Below are positions 10,544 through 23,312 of a stretch of 64,000 bases of DNA, piece after piece. The notes under the pieces were generated by a model. It saw only the letters and a list, made by a program, of their open reading frames with translations, was not told the origin of the DNA and did not search any database. How positions within the stretch are numbered: position 1 is the first letter of the stretch; each line of letters starts with the position of its first letter. The translations under genes were made by a program, and so were the position numbers. The stretch is taken from NCBI GenBank assembly GCA_964347475.1, contig CAYFYY010000014.1, positions 547 to 64,546 of the forward strand, given 5' to 3'. This stretch comes from an uncultured Flavobacteriales bacterium. Lineage in GTDB: Bacteria > Pseudomonadota > Alphaproteobacteria > UBA8366 > JADFVY01.

Positions 10544-11296
10544 ATGCACCAGTATGACTTCGCGGGCCGCACGGCGATCGTGACCGGCGGCGCACGCGGC
10601 ATCGGCCATGCGGTGGCCGAACGGCTGCTCGACTCCGGCGCCGCCGTATGTCTGTGGGACATTGACACCGCTGCCCTCGAAAAGACGGTCGGAACCCTGT
10701 CGGCGAGAGGCGACGTGCATGGCGCGGTGTGCGACGTCGGCGACTGGACGGCGCAGGAGCGGGCGATGGCGGAGACGCTGGCGCGCTTCCCCAAGATCGA
10801 CGTCGTGATCGCCAATGCGGGCATCGTCGGCATCATCAAGCCGGCCTGGGAATACACGCTGGAGGACTGGGACAGTCTGATCCGCGCCGACCTCACGGGC
10901 GTGTTCTATTCCTGCAAGGCCGTGGTCCCACACATGCTGGAGCGCGGCTACGGGCGCATCGTCGTCGTCTCGTCAATCGCAGGACTGGAGGGCGCGCCCA
11001 ACAACGCCGCCTACAGCGCCGCCAAGGCCGGCGCCATCGGCTACGTCAAGGCGATCGGCAAGGAACTCGCCAAGTCGAACGTGCTGGTCAACGCTGTCGC
11101 GCCGTCGGGGATTGACACGCCGTTCATCGACGACGTGCGCGGCCCCTATATGGATTTCGTGCTGTCGCGCATGCCGATCGGCCGCCTCGGCCGTGCCGAG
11201 GAGACGGCGTCGCTGATCTGCTGGCTCGCCTCCGAGGAGAACTCTTTCTCCACCGGTGCCGTGTTCGACAGCTCCGGCGGCCGCGCGGTCTATTGA
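10544..11296 (+). CDS. SDR family oxidoreductase
   Basis: TGGARGIG, NAGI, S...YSAAKAG motifs. 250 aa. Confidence 0.9.
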   Translation: MHQYDFAGRTAIVTGGARGIGHAVAERLLDSGAAVCLWDIDTAALEKTVGTLSARGDVHGAVCDVGDWTAQERAMAETLARFPKIDVVIANAGIVGIIKPAWEYTLEDWDSLIRADLTGVFYSCKAVVPHMLERGYGRIVVVSSIAGLEGAPNNAAYSAAKAGAIGYVKAIGKELAKSNVLVNAVAPSGIDTPFIDDVRGPYMDFVLSRMPIGRLGRAEETASLICWLASEENSFSTGAVFDSSGGRAVY

Positions 11297-11589
11297 ACGG
11301 ACCGAAGATTCCCGCGGACCTCGGTCCCTGCGCGATCTGCGGCCGGCCGATGTGGGACGGGCCGAACTGGGTTCCGCGCAAGCATGGCGGTGCCGCGTAT
11401 GCGATCCTGCACCTCGTCTGCCACCGCATGATCCACCGCGTGTTCAGCGAACGCGAGCTGGCGCAATCCTACAGGGATGCGGAGTCGCTGCGCGCACATC
11501 CCGACATGGTGCGGTTCATCGCCTGGGTGCGGCGGAAGCCACCCGGCTACGTGGACTGGCCGAAAGCGCCGCGCCGTCGCCGCCGCTAG
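11293..11589 (+). CDS. small HNH endonuclease family protein
   Basis: CAICGRP...HGGAAYAILHLVCHRMIH zinc-finger/HNH-like pattern with an Arg-rich tail. TTG start overlaps the SDR stop. Confidence 0.6.
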   Translation: MNGPKIPADLGPCAICGRPMWDGPNWVPRKHGGAAYAILHLVCHRMIHRVFSERELAQSYRDAESLRAHPDMVRFIAWVRRKPPGYVDWPKAPRRRRR

Positions 11590-11880
11590 CGCGCGGCATG
11601 CGTGTATCACGCGCCGTTGCCGCCGCAATGGTGGCAGCCGGCAAATTCGCTCGGTTTCCGGATTCTCCCATTTCCTGAGCCAGCCCGGCCGAAATCCCGC
11701 ATTAAGATAAATGCCAAATTAAATAGTCCCGAATTGTAATCGATAAAAACTGCCCAATGTCAAATGATTCGCTATCCTTACTGAAGTAAGAAAAGAGTTC
11801 ACAAACGAACCGGAACGGCGGGATACAAACTGAATTGGCGAGATCAATTCGATATTTGGGGTAATGAGGCTCGTAATTTC

Positions 11881-13281
11881 ATGCGGCCACTGGATATTAC
11901 ACAGAACAACGGATTGCGACGCACTGCAATACTGGTTATTGGAGCCCTCGTTGCTATGACAATGCCGGTCGCGACCGCGTCCGCTGCGGAGTCAGAGCTT
12001 GTGAACTTCGAGGAATTCCGGGGCCCACGGACTTTTACCGGCGTTCAGCCGCCGCTTTCCGTGGGCAACGCCACGTTCTCCGGCGGGCAGCTGCTGACCG
12101 GCGTGTTCCGACTGCGCCGGGTCAACCGCAGCACGGTATACGGTGTCTGGCATGGTTGCGCGGGGTGTTCGCGCACGATCACCATCGATTTTGCCGAACC
12201 GGTGTCCGACGTCAGCTTCATGCTGATGAACGGGCGCATGGGCAAGCTGTGGTTCGAGGTTTCGGACGATACCGGCCACACCTCGGAGTTCGTCCTCAAT
12301 CCGTACTTTCTGGGCGGCTCGGCCGCCGCGGTCACCCTGCCGTCGACCCGCATCCGGCGCATCGTCGTCGGCGAGGCGATTAAGGATTCGCCGTTCTGGC
12401 AATTCTACGTCGACAATCTGCGCTATACGATCAACGAGGGGCGGGAGTATCTCGTCAGTTTCAGCGCCTTCGTCCCCCACGACAACGTACCGGGCGGGCC
12501 CACCGCATCGTGCCTGACCGGCAAGACCGAACCGCCGGGTCTTGCCCGTCGCAGCCCGCCGCCGCGCAGCAACGCCCGGTGGCTGCGCGATTTCGCCCTC
12601 CCCGGTCAAGGCTTGGCGAGGGGGAATCCGGTGTTCCGGCCCGGAACGGGCGGCGCGGACGACGGCACGCCCCGCAAGCGTGCCCTGTATTTCGGCGGTG
12701 ACAACCGAACCTTCGATCCGGCCGCGCCGACATACCGCGTGCGCCAGCTGGTCACGGTGATCCCGGACGAGAACGAGGATACCGACGGTGTCAATGACGG
12801 TATCAAGGCCGGCAGCCTGCGCAATCTCGCCGAGGAGGTCCGCACCTATGCCGAGGATGCGATGGATGACGGTGTACTCGACGTTGCCGACGAAGACGGA
12901 CGGTCGAACGACTGTCGGCTGTTTCACAGGGCGTATCTCGCGGAGACCGACCTGATGACGGTCGAGGTGGCGCGGACCGGTCCAAAAGCCCTCGAGGTCA
13001 AGCTTCGCGGCACGTTGCACAATCCCCTCGTCGGGCCGGCCGAGGTGCTTGGCGCGATCGACTGGGATTTCACGCTGGCCCTCGATGCGTCGGTCGAGCC
13101 GCCACAATGGACGCTAAACGGCGCCCATGATGGATTCCCAGCCTATGAGATCTACATCAACGGACAGGCTGTATACCAGCATGATCCGGGACCGCCGCCC
13201 TACGAGTTCAGCCGGCACATGCGCAAGTTGCTGCCGCCGCTCGACGTTGCGGTCACCAACGAATCGGGAGGGTTGCAATGA
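11881..13281 (+). CDS. secreted hypothetical protein (N-terminal beta-sandwich-like part, DUF3238-like C-terminal part)
   Basis: Signal peptide ...AILVIGALVAMTMPVATASA. GGDNRTFDPAAPTYRVRQLVTV and GAHDGFPAYEIYINGQ resemble DUF3238 from memory. Preceded by a 180-bp block of about 38% GC. Confidence 0.7.
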   Translation: MRPLDITQNNGLRRTAILVIGALVAMTMPVATASAAESELVNFEEFRGPRTFTGVQPPLSVGNATFSGGQLLTGVFRLRRVNRSTVYGVWHGCAGCSRTITIDFAEPVSDVSFMLMNGRMGKLWFEVSDDTGHTSEFVLNPYFLGGSAAAVTLPSTRIRRIVVGEAIKDSPFWQFYVDNLRYTINEGREYLVSFSAFVPHDNVPGGPTASCLTGKTEPPGLARRSPPPRSNARWLRDFALPGQGLARGNPVFRPGTGGADDGTPRKRALYFGGDNRTFDPAAPTYRVRQLVTVIPDENEDTDGVNDGIKAGSLRNLAEEVRTYAEDAMDDGVLDVADEDGRSNDCRLFHRAYLAETDLMTVEVARTGPKALEVKLRGTLHNPLVGPAEVLGAIDWDFTLALDASVEPPQWTLNGAHDGFPAYEIYINGQAVYQHDPGPPPYEFSRHMRKLLPPLDVAVTNESGGLQ

Positions 13282-14240
13282 ATCCCGTCGTGATGGCTGG
13301 ACGGGGGGTGCTGCGCCAGGTGATCGCCGTATTGGTTCTCGGGATCACCCTGGCCGGCGCCGCCGCGGCGCAGTCGGGCAGCGGGCTGCAGGGTGGGCAG
13401 CAGCACCTGGACGTCCTGCTCGACAATATCAGCACGGTGCCGCACCGGAACTGGCCAAAGGCGGCGGAGGCGTTCGTCCTGGCCGCCTCCGATGCTGAAA
13501 TGACGGACATGATCGCCGTCGCGATCACCGCCCTCGACGATCCGCGGGTGGAGCAACGGTACTATGCTCTTGTCGGCCTGGGCGCCGCCGCGATAGCGTC
13601 GGTGGAGAACGGGGAGGCGCTCGCTGCCGAGGCCGCGGTATTGGTCAACTGCCTGTCGGATGATGATCCCTGGGTGCGCGAGGCGGCGGTTGCGGCCCTC
13701 GCCGCCATCCAGCCGGGTCCGCCGGAGTGGACCGTCGGCAACATCGCGGCACTGGTCGACGATCCCGTGCGACGCGTTGCCGTTGCTGCGATGCGGACGC
13801 TTGAGCGCGTTGCCGTCGGTCACGAGGATGCCGCTGGCATCTATGCCATGCTCGACGCCGGGGACGGCTCGGAACGCAGCCGGGCCATCAAGGTGCTCAG
13901 CAGGCACTATCGCGCGCAGGAGAACTATCGCGAAGCGGAACGGACACTGATCGATGGGCTGGATGATCCGGACCGTGGTGTCCGCTGGCAGGCGGCCACC
14001 GCATTGGGCGATCTTGACGATGCGAACTGGTCGTTCGCGCTTTGGCACCTCGACGCCGTGCGCCGCAACCCGAAGGAAGATGCGGCAGTGCGGCGCGCTG
14101 CGTCGACCGCGATGAACAATATTCTCGACAAGCGCCTCGTCCCTGCTGCCTTGGCGGGGCGGGCGTCGGTCAGGACGCAGGCGGGTCCAGGTCCCGTTCG
14201 GTTGCGATCACGATCCGGGCCGGTTCGAATCCGCGACTGA
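13278..14240 (+). CDS. secreted/anchored HEAT-repeat protein
   Basis: ATGA overlap with the upstream gene. N-terminal hydrophobic segment. Four DDPxVRxAAxxAL HEAT-type repeats. Confidence 0.75.
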   Translation: MNPVVMAGRGVLRQVIAVLVLGITLAGAAAAQSGSGLQGGQQHLDVLLDNISTVPHRNWPKAAEAFVLAASDAEMTDMIAVAITALDDPRVEQRYYALVGLGAAAIASVENGEALAAEAAVLVNCLSDDDPWVREAAVAALAAIQPGPPEWTVGNIAALVDDPVRRVAVAAMRTLERVAVGHEDAAGIYAMLDAGDGSERSRAIKVLSRHYRAQENYREAERTLIDGLDDPDRGVRWQAATALGDLDDANWSFALWHLDAVRRNPKEDAAVRRAASTAMNNILDKRLVPAALAGRASVRTQAGPGPVRLRSRSGPVRIRD

Positions 14241-14709
14241 GCCGGGCATCGCCCAGGGCGCGGCGGTCGGCCGTCCCGAACTTGACGATGCCGAAGATGT
14301 GATCCGCCGCCACGCCGTCCGACGAAATCGGCAACAGCAACCGCGAGACGCGCGGGTATTTCGGATCGGGCGTAAGGGCCGGCCCCACATAAAAGACCGG
14401 CAGGCGGTCCCGGACCGCGCGCTCGAACAAGCGCTGGCGACTGGTTGCGTGTTCCGGCGGCAGCATCTCGTCGAGAAACATGCCGGTCTCGTCGCGGCCG
14501 AACACCTGCACGATCCGGGTGCCGACGAGAATGCAGCGGAAGCGGCTGTCTTCGACCCTGTACATGAACAGGTTCGGCAGCCAGTCCGGCTGGAATTCGA
14601 GCGGATCGATGGAGCTTTTGAGGGGGATGCGTTTGCCGGCCCGCTTGCCGAGCCAGTACGCAAAGACATCCCTGATCCCGCGGTCCGGGATCTCGTCGAT
14701 AAACCCCAT
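14170..14709 (-). CDS. PAS domain protein (DUF1457/PAS_5-like)
   Basis: 179 aa. FAYWLGKRAGKRIPLKSSIDPLEF...FRCILVGTRIV pattern typical of this alphaproteobacterial family. Confidence 0.8.
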   Translation of the reverse strand: MGFIDEIPDRGIRDVFAYWLGKRAGKRIPLKSSIDPLEFQPDWLPNLFMYRVEDSRFRCILVGTRIVQVFGRDETGMFLDEMLPPEHATSRQRLFERAVRDRLPVFYVGPALTPDPKYPRVSRLLLPISSDGVAADHIFGIVKFGTADRRALGDARLSRGFEPARIVIATERDLDPPAS

Positions 14710-14792
14710 GGTCCTGCCCCGCTGGGATTCCGCAGTATCCCTGCGCCCTTATGCCCAACTTTTATTTCTTCTGGTACTATTAACAACGACTT

Positions 14793-16013
14793 TCAGGTGC
14801 GGGCTATTCCGTTCCTGACGATTTGCTCGGGGCGGAAACAGCCGATGCGATAGGCCAGTTCGGCGGGCTCCGCGATGTCCCAGACGCAGAAATCGGCGGC
14901 CATGCCCTTGGCGAGCATGCCGTGCGTCTCGCCGAGGCCGAGAGCCAGCGCAGCATTTCGGGTCACTCCGGCCAGCGCTTCCTCGGGCGTCAGACGGAAC
15001 AGCGTGCATGCCATGTTGAGCGTCAGCAGCAGCGACGTGACCGGCGACGAGCCGGGATTGCAGTCGGAGGCGACGGCGATCGGCACCCGGTGCTGGCGCA
15101 GCAGCGCCACCGGGGGCAACTGTGACTCCCGTAAGGTATAGAAGGCGCCCGGCAGCAGGACGGCAACGGTGCCCGCCGTCGCCATCGCCCGCACGCCGGC
15201 GGGATCGGTGTATTCGAGGTGATCCGCCGACAGCGCGCCGAATCGGGCGGCCAGGGCCGCGCCGCCGAGATCGGAGAGCTGGTCGGCGTGCAGCTTGACC
15301 GGCAGGCCCAGCATCCTGGCCGCTTCGAAAACCTGCGCGGTCTGCTGCGGTGAAAAGGCGATCGACTCGCAAAAGGCGTCGACGGCATCGGCCAGCCCGG
15401 CCTGTGCCGTTGCCGGCAGCGACTCCCTGCGCACGAAATCGATGTAGTCGTCGGGCCGCCCGGCGAATTCCGCAGGCACCGCGTGCGCGCCGAGGAACGT
15501 CGTGCGCACGGTCACATCATGCGTCTCGCCCAGCCTGCGGGCGACGCGAAGCTGTTTCATTTCCGTCTCGACGTCGAGGCCGTAGCCGGACTTGACCTCC
15601 ACCGTGGTCACGCCCTCCGCCGTCAGCGCCGCGAGCCGTGGCGCCGCCGCTGCGACAAGCTCGTCCTCGGTAGCTGCCCGGGTCGCGGTAACGGTCGCCA
15701 CGATTCCGCCGCCCTGCCGCGCGATCTCCTCATAGCTCGCGCCCTCGAGCCGCAGCTCGAACTCTCGCGCGCGGTTGCCGGCGTAAACGAGGTGAGAGTG
15801 GCAGTCGATGAGCCCCGGCGTGATCCATCGGCCCGACGCGTCGCGGACCCGCGCCGCAAGACGATCCGGCGGGCCGGGCAGCTCGGCCATCGGCCCCGTC
15901 CAGGCGATCAGTCCGCCCGCCGCGGCGATGGCGCCGTCACGGATCGCGCCGTAGGGCGGGCCGTCAGGCGCCATCGTGGCGATATCGCCGCCGATCCAGA
16001 TGTCGTCCCACAT
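14793..16013 (-). CDS. hutI: imidazolonepropionase
   Basis: 406 aa amidohydrolase. [13 protein letters not shown]...KLHADQLS...[10 protein letters not shown]. Confidence 0.95.
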   Translation of the reverse strand: MWDDIWIGGDIATMAPDGPPYGAIRDGAIAAAGGLIAWTGPMAELPGPPDRLAARVRDASGRWITPGLIDCHSHLVYAGNRAREFELRLEGASYEEIARQGGGIVATVTATRAATEDELVAAAAPRLAALTAEGVTTVEVKSGYGLDVETEMKQLRVARRLGETHDVTVRTTFLGAHAVPAEFAGRPDDYIDFVRRESLPATAQAGLADAVDAFCESIAFSPQQTAQVFEAARMLGLPVKLHADQLSDLGGAALAARFGALSADHLEYTDPAGVRAMATAGTVAVLLPGAFYTLRESQLPPVALLRQHRVPIAVASDCNPGSSPVTSLLLTLNMACTLFRLTPEEALAGVTRNAALALGLGETHGMLAKGMAADFCVWDIAEPAELAYRIGCFRPEQIVRNGIART

Positions 16014-16081
16014 TCCCCGTGCCCTTTCCCCGCAACCGTTCTATCGTTATGGACGACGCCCGCTGCACGCCGCAAGCGCGA

Positions 16082-17482
<1,401 letters not shown>

Positions 17483-17489
17483 CCGGGCC

Positions 17490-18461
17490 CTATTCGGCCG
17501 CGGCGCTCTTCTCCTGCTCGTGCTCGGTGAGGAAGCGCTCGGCCTCGAGCGCGGCCATGCAGCCCATGCCGGCCGCGGTGACGGCCTGGCGGTAGACCTG
17601 GTCCTTCACGTCGCCGGCGGCGAACACGCCGGGGATGTTGGTCGCCGTCGAGTCGGGCTTGGTGATGATGTAGCCGCCCTTGTCCATCTCGACTTGGCCC
17701 TTGAAGATGGCGCTGGCCGGTGAATGGCCGATGGCGATGAACACGCCGTCGACCGGAAGTCCCCGCGTGTCGCCGGTCTTGACGTTCTTAAGTCGCAGGC
17801 CGGTGACCGCCGGCGGCATCTCCTCGCCGGTGATCTCCTCGACGACGGTATCCCAGATCGGCTCGATCTTCGCATTGCGGAACAGCCTGTCCTGCAGGAT
17901 CTTCTCCGCGCGCAGCTCGTCGCGGCGGTGGACCAGCCAGACCTTGCTTGCGATGTTCGACAGGTACAGCGATTCCTCGACCGCCGTGTTGCCGCCGCCG
18001 ATCACCGCGACCTCCCGGTCGCGAAAGAAGAACCCGTCGCAGGTCGCGCAGGCCGACACACCCGCGCCCTGGAACTTCTGTTCCGATTCGAGGCCAAGCC
18101 AGCGCGCCTGTGCGCCGGTGGCGATGATCACCGTCTCGGCGGAAAAGGTCCGTCCGGCGTCGGATTTGGCGCGGAACGGTCGACGCGACAGGTCGATCTC
18201 GGTGATCAGGTCGTATTCGATGACCTTGGTCCCGACCTTCTCGGCCTGCGCCTGCATCTGCTCCATCAGCCACGGACCCTGGATCGTCTCGGCGAAACCG
18301 GGATAGTTCTCGACATCCGTGGTGATGGTCAGCTGGCCGCCCTTCTCGAGGCCCGACACCATGACGGGGTGCAGGTTGGCCCGCGCCGCATAGATCGCCG
18401 CCGTGTACCCCGCCGGCCCCGAGCCGATGATGAGAACCTTGGTATCGTAATGTTCGGTCAT
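17490..18461 (-). CDS. trxB: thioredoxin-disulfide reductase
   Basis: 324 aa from [22 protein letters not shown]. Redox-active CATCDG and GGGNTAVEE motifs. The track ORF's upstream extension was discarded. Confidence 0.95.
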   Translation of the reverse strand: MTEHYDTKVLIIGSGPAGYTAAIYAARANLHPVMVSGLEKGGQLTITTDVENYPGFAETIQGPWLMEQMQAQAEKVGTKVIEYDLITEIDLSRRPFRAKSDAGRTFSAETVIIATGAQARWLGLESEQKFQGAGVSACATCDGFFFRDREVAVIGGGNTAVEESLYLSNIASKVWLVHRRDELRAEKILQDRLFRNAKIEPIWDTVVEEITGEEMPPAVTGLRLKNVKTGDTRGLPVDGVFIAIGHSPASAIFKGQVEMDKGGYIITKPDSTATNIPGVFAAGDVKDQVYRQAVTAAGMGCMAALEAERFLTEHEQEKSAAAE

Positions 18462-18645
18462 CGCCGCGCGTCCTTCCGCAAAATCCGTCAGCGCCCTTCG
18501 ACGTAATCGGCGCCCTTCGACGTAATACGTCCGCGGCGACTGCGCAAGCCCATGGCGTCGGTGCCCGGGGCGGTGGCAAGAAAACAATGGGGTTTCGGCG
18601 CGCTTCCGTACTATCGTGCAGGAAAGAGACGGAGAGACGCGGGTC

Positions 18646-19853
<1,208 letters not shown>

Positions 19854-19857
<4 letters not shown>

Positions 19858-20552
19858 CCGTCCGTGGTGTCGAACCGCGAGAGCGCGACCGCCGAGCGCT
19901 CGAAGCCGTCCATGCGCGTGGCCAGGGCCAGTTCCGACATGCCCATGGCGGCGGCGATGCGGACCATCATCTCCTCCTGGACCGGCCCCGGGTCGTCCAT
20001 CGCCTCGAGCAGCAGGAAACAGGACCGCAGGATGAACTCCCGGGCTCCGGCGTCGAGCAAGACTTCCGCGGCGAGGACCTCGCTGGCGATGTCGCCGCTG
20101 ACGTGTTCGTGCAAAAGCTCCGGCAACGGCGCCGTTTCGAACCTCGCCGCGTCGATCTGCGCGAGGACATCGTGCAGCACCCGGGCCGAATCGTCGCTCG
20201 GCTCGCCCTCGGTGGCCGCCAGCGTCGCCACGATCCGCACGATGAGCTCGTCGCGCGTCCCGGGCCTGTGGCCGGGCACGGCGGCGATCGATGCCCTGGT
20301 GCGCACGTACTGGCCGCGCTCGCGGACCCCGATCAGCAGCAGGTACAGACCGGTCAGTCCGACGATGGCACCGGCGCCCAGGAACATCCAGAAGGCGGCC
20401 GGCGCGCCGTAACGGTACACCGTATCGGAGCCGTGAAAGCGTACTGCAAGCACGATCGCCGTTGCGGTGACGAGAAACGCACCGAGGGCCCAGACGATAT
20501 GGTTCGTGCCCGGTTTCACGGATTCGCTTCTCTTCCCGTAGCTTGCCGACAT
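19854..20552 (-). CDS. membrane protein with TerB-like C-terminal helical domain (hypothetical)
   Basis: Start at MSASYGKRSE (20552). Two TM helices followed by an acidic helical domain. Weak family call. Confidence 0.55.
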
Positions 20553-20711
20553 CGGCGCCGGATCGCCCGTCACGCCCTCCCGGTTTACCCGCAAAGCTTT
20601 AAGAAATGCGTAATCGCGGGCGCGCTCGTCGCGTCGACCCGCAGGTGGCCGCGGCAACGAAGCGTTAAGAGAAAGCGCGTAGGATCCGGCGCGGTCGAGC
20701 CTTGGAGACTC

Positions 20712-22013
20712 ATGCTGGTGGTCATCGCGACGCTCTTCAGCCGCCGTCGTTTCGCGCAGGAAATTGCGAAATGGATCGAAGGAAAGGTCGCCCTCGATCG
20801 CGACAACAAGGTCTTCGCAAATGTCGAGATAAGGTCAGCGGCCGACGCCGAAGCGCTCAACGCAGCGCTGCTGCATGTTGACGAGCACCTGTCCCAGCGG
20901 AACGCGCAAGACGAGTCGGTCGCCCGCGACCTGCACACCCTGATCGGCTTTCTGCAGAACGTTGTCTCGCGCAACGCCGTTGAACGCATTCGATCCGATG
21001 GCCTGCCGACATTGGACCGCATTCTCGCCGTCGTCGGCGATGACAACACGTGGGAAAACGAAAGTCTTTTCGCGTTCAAGCAGTTCGTCGCGTATGGGTA
21101 TGAGCCCGGCATCGAGCGCATCGCCGGTTATGCGCGCAACGGCACGTTCGCGGACAATTATCTCTGGTCGATCGTGTTCGCCGGCTTCAGGAACCACCCG
21201 GATCTCGGGGTGCGGTTCGTGACCGGTCTCGGCGGTTCCCTGCCATCTGGATTCTGCGGCATCGCGTATCTCGATTTCGTCAATGCGCTGTGCCGCGACG
21301 GCCATCTGAAGACACATCCCTTCGATACCGATGCCGGTGGCAGGCGGCTTACGGAATATCTCGAAGACCGGGCGCATTCGAGCTACGGCGTTTCGGCCTG
21401 TGCGGCCTTGCCCTTCGTGGACAAAGACAGGCGGGCGTCGCTGCTGGGGACGGCGCTCGCCCATACCGATCCAATGGTTCGCCTGGAAGCGGCATGGGCG
21501 ATTGCGGCGTCCGGCGACGAGGAGGGATTGAGAAGTCTCTCGCTCCTCGCGCGCAATCCGACTCTGGCCTTGCGCGCCATTCAGTATCTCGAAGAGCTCG
21601 ACGCAGTCAGCTGGATTCCGGAGGGTGCCAAGGAACCGGTGTTCCGTGCGCAGGCGGAGATGGCCGACTGGCTCACACATCCGTCCGAATTCGGCAGGCC
21701 GCCCGCCCGGGTATGGCTCGTTGATCGCCGGCGCCTGTTCTGGCCGCCCGCTGGAGAGGAGATCGACGCCTTTCTGATCCGCTATCGCTACGACGACGGG
21801 GACGCGCCGGACGTCGGGGTCGGCATGGTCGGCTCGGTCACCTTCGCGCTGTTCGGGGAAACCGATCTTGCCAATCTGCCGCCGGAGGACCTCTACGGCC
21901 TCCACTGCTGCTGGGAACTGCAATGTGCCGAAGACCCGGCTGCCCCAGAACACCGGACCGCCGAGACTGGGCGCCGCATTCTGGCCGCGGCCAACCCAGG
22001 CATGGGGTTCTGA
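20712..22013 (+). CDS. hypothetical protein with HEAT/ARM-like repeat region
   Basis: Only the last 433 aa of the 904-aa track ORF are non-overlapping and look like protein (ATG 20712). Contains HTDPMVRLEAAWAIAASGDEEGLRSL. Confidence 0.65.
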   Translation: MLVVIATLFSRRRFAQEIAKWIEGKVALDRDNKVFANVEIRSAADAEALNAALLHVDEHLSQRNAQDESVARDLHTLIGFLQNVVSRNAVERIRSDGLPTLDRILAVVGDDNTWENESLFAFKQFVAYGYEPGIERIAGYARNGTFADNYLWSIVFAGFRNHPDLGVRFVTGLGGSLPSGFCGIAYLDFVNALCRDGHLKTHPFDTDAGGRRLTEYLEDRAHSSYGVSACAALPFVDKDRRASLLGTALAHTDPMVRLEAAWAIAASGDEEGLRSLSLLARNPTLALRAIQYLEELDAVSWIPEGAKEPVFRAQAEMADWLTHPSEFGRPPARVWLVDRRRLFWPPAGEEIDAFLIRYRYDDGDAPDVGVGMVGSVTFALFGETDLANLPPEDLYGLHCCWELQCAEDPAAPEHRTAETGRRILAAANPGMGF

Positions 22014-22016
22014 CCG

Positions 22017-22910
22017 TCACGAACGGTTGGCTCCCGCCTCGGCCAGCAGCCAGTCGCGGAAGGCGGCGATCTTCGGGTGCTGGGCGGTCGCTTTGGGGCA
22101 GACGATGTAATAGGCGTATTCGGTCGGAATGGCGATGTCGAACGGCTTGACCAGCCGGCCCGCCGCGAGGTCGTCGGCGGCCAGCGCGCCGCGCGCCAGC
22201 GCCACCCCCTGCCCTTCGACGGCGGCCTGGAGGACCAGCGCCGAATCGGTGAAGAAGGGGCCCTGCGTCGGGGGGATGTCCTGGACCCCAGCCACCAGCA
22301 GCCACATCGCCCAGTCGACGTAGCCGTCGTCGTGCAGCAGCGTGTGGTGCCGCAGGTCGGCCGGCTGGCGCAGCGCCTTCGCGCCCGACAGCAGCTTCGG
22401 GCTGCACACCGGGAAAATGTCCTCGGTCATCAGCCGGACGCTGTGCAGCCCCTCGTACTTGCCCTTGCCGTAACGCACCCCGAGGTCGACATCGTCGCGC
22501 TGGAAGTCGGTCAGCTGGATCGACGGGCTGACCCGGACGTCGATTTCCGGATGGCGCTCGCGGAACCGGCCGAGCCGGGGCACCAGCCACTTCGCGGCGA
22601 AGGACGGCAGCACGCTGACCGTCAGCGGCCCGCCGGCGTCCGGCGCCGCCAGCTTCTCCATCGCGGTCGCCAGGTGGGACAGGGCCTTGCGCACCTCCGA
22701 GACGAACTGCTGGCCCTCCTCGGTCAGCCTGATGGCCCGGTTCAGGCGCCGGAACAGGCGCACGCCGAGCGCCTCCTCGAGCGTGCGGATCTGGTGGCTC
22801 ACCGCCGCCTGGGTGATGTGCAGCTCGGCGGCGGCGTGCGTGAAGCTGAGGTGCCGGGCCGCCGCCTCGAAGGCGCGCAGGGTGTTCATCGGCGGCAGGC
22901 GCACGGTCAT
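22017..22910 (-). CDS. LysR family transcriptional regulator (GcvA/AmpR-like)
   Basis: N-terminal wHTH LRAFEAAARHLSFTHAAAELHITQAAVSHQIRTLE. 297 aa. Confidence 0.92.
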   Translation of the reverse strand: MTVRLPPMNTLRAFEAAARHLSFTHAAAELHITQAAVSHQIRTLEEALGVRLFRRLNRAIRLTEEGQQFVSEVRKALSHLATAMEKLAAPDAGGPLTVSVLPSFAAKWLVPRLGRFRERHPEIDVRVSPSIQLTDFQRDDVDLGVRYGKGKYEGLHSVRLMTEDIFPVCSPKLLSGAKALRQPADLRHHTLLHDDGYVDWAMWLLVAGVQDIPPTQGPFFTDSALVLQAAVEGQGVALARGALAADDLAAGRLVKPFDIAIPTEYAYYIVCPKATAQHPKIAAFRDWLLAEAGANRS

Positions 22911-22924
22911 AAACGGCCTCCCTT

Positions 22925-22945
22925 CGGATAAAATTTATTTATCCG
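22925..22945. promoter_or_regulatory. LTTR-type operator palindrome (T-N11-A core)
   Basis: CGGATAAA-ATTTA-TTTATCCG, a perfect 8-bp inverted repeat in the divergent LysR / DUF1127-EamA intergenic region. Confidence 0.5.
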
Positions 22946-23064
22946 ATACATGAAAAACGATCGTTTGTCGAGGCAGTGCGAAATCCGTATTTTCACTGCG
23001 ACCGAAACCAATTCGAGATGTCATCGAGCCCTGCGGGCGCCGGTGACGAATAAGGAGAGCCGTT

Positions 23065-23295
23065 ATGAACGAGATCATCGAGAGCCGTCTTTCCCATGCG
23101 ATGGCCGGGACGACCGGCCTCCGTGCGGGCCTCGGCCACCTGCTTTTGCGGGCTGCCGCAGTGATGAACCTGTGGTATGAACGGCACCGGCAGCGCCAGT
23201 ACCTCGCCCGGCTGGACGACCGGCTGCTGCGCGACATCGGCATCGACAGGGCCACCGCCGAACTGGAGATATCGAAACCGTTCTGGCGGCCCTGA
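23065..23295 (+). CDS. DUF1127 domain small protein
   Basis: RQYLARLDDRLLRDIGIDRATAELEISKPFW is the DUF1127 signature. Confidence 0.8.
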   Translation: MNEIIESRLSHAMAGTTGLRAGLGHLLLRAAAVMNLWYERHRQRQYLARLDDRLLRDIGIDRATAELEISKPFWRP

Positions 23296-23312
23296 CAGCG
23301 ACGGGAGGCCCG

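Noticed and set aside
14218-14235. GGTTCGAATCC, a tRNA T-loop-like motif
   Set aside because: The flanks cannot form a T-stem (only 3 bp), and no acceptor or anticodon arms exist. It lies inside the PAS-protein coding sequence.
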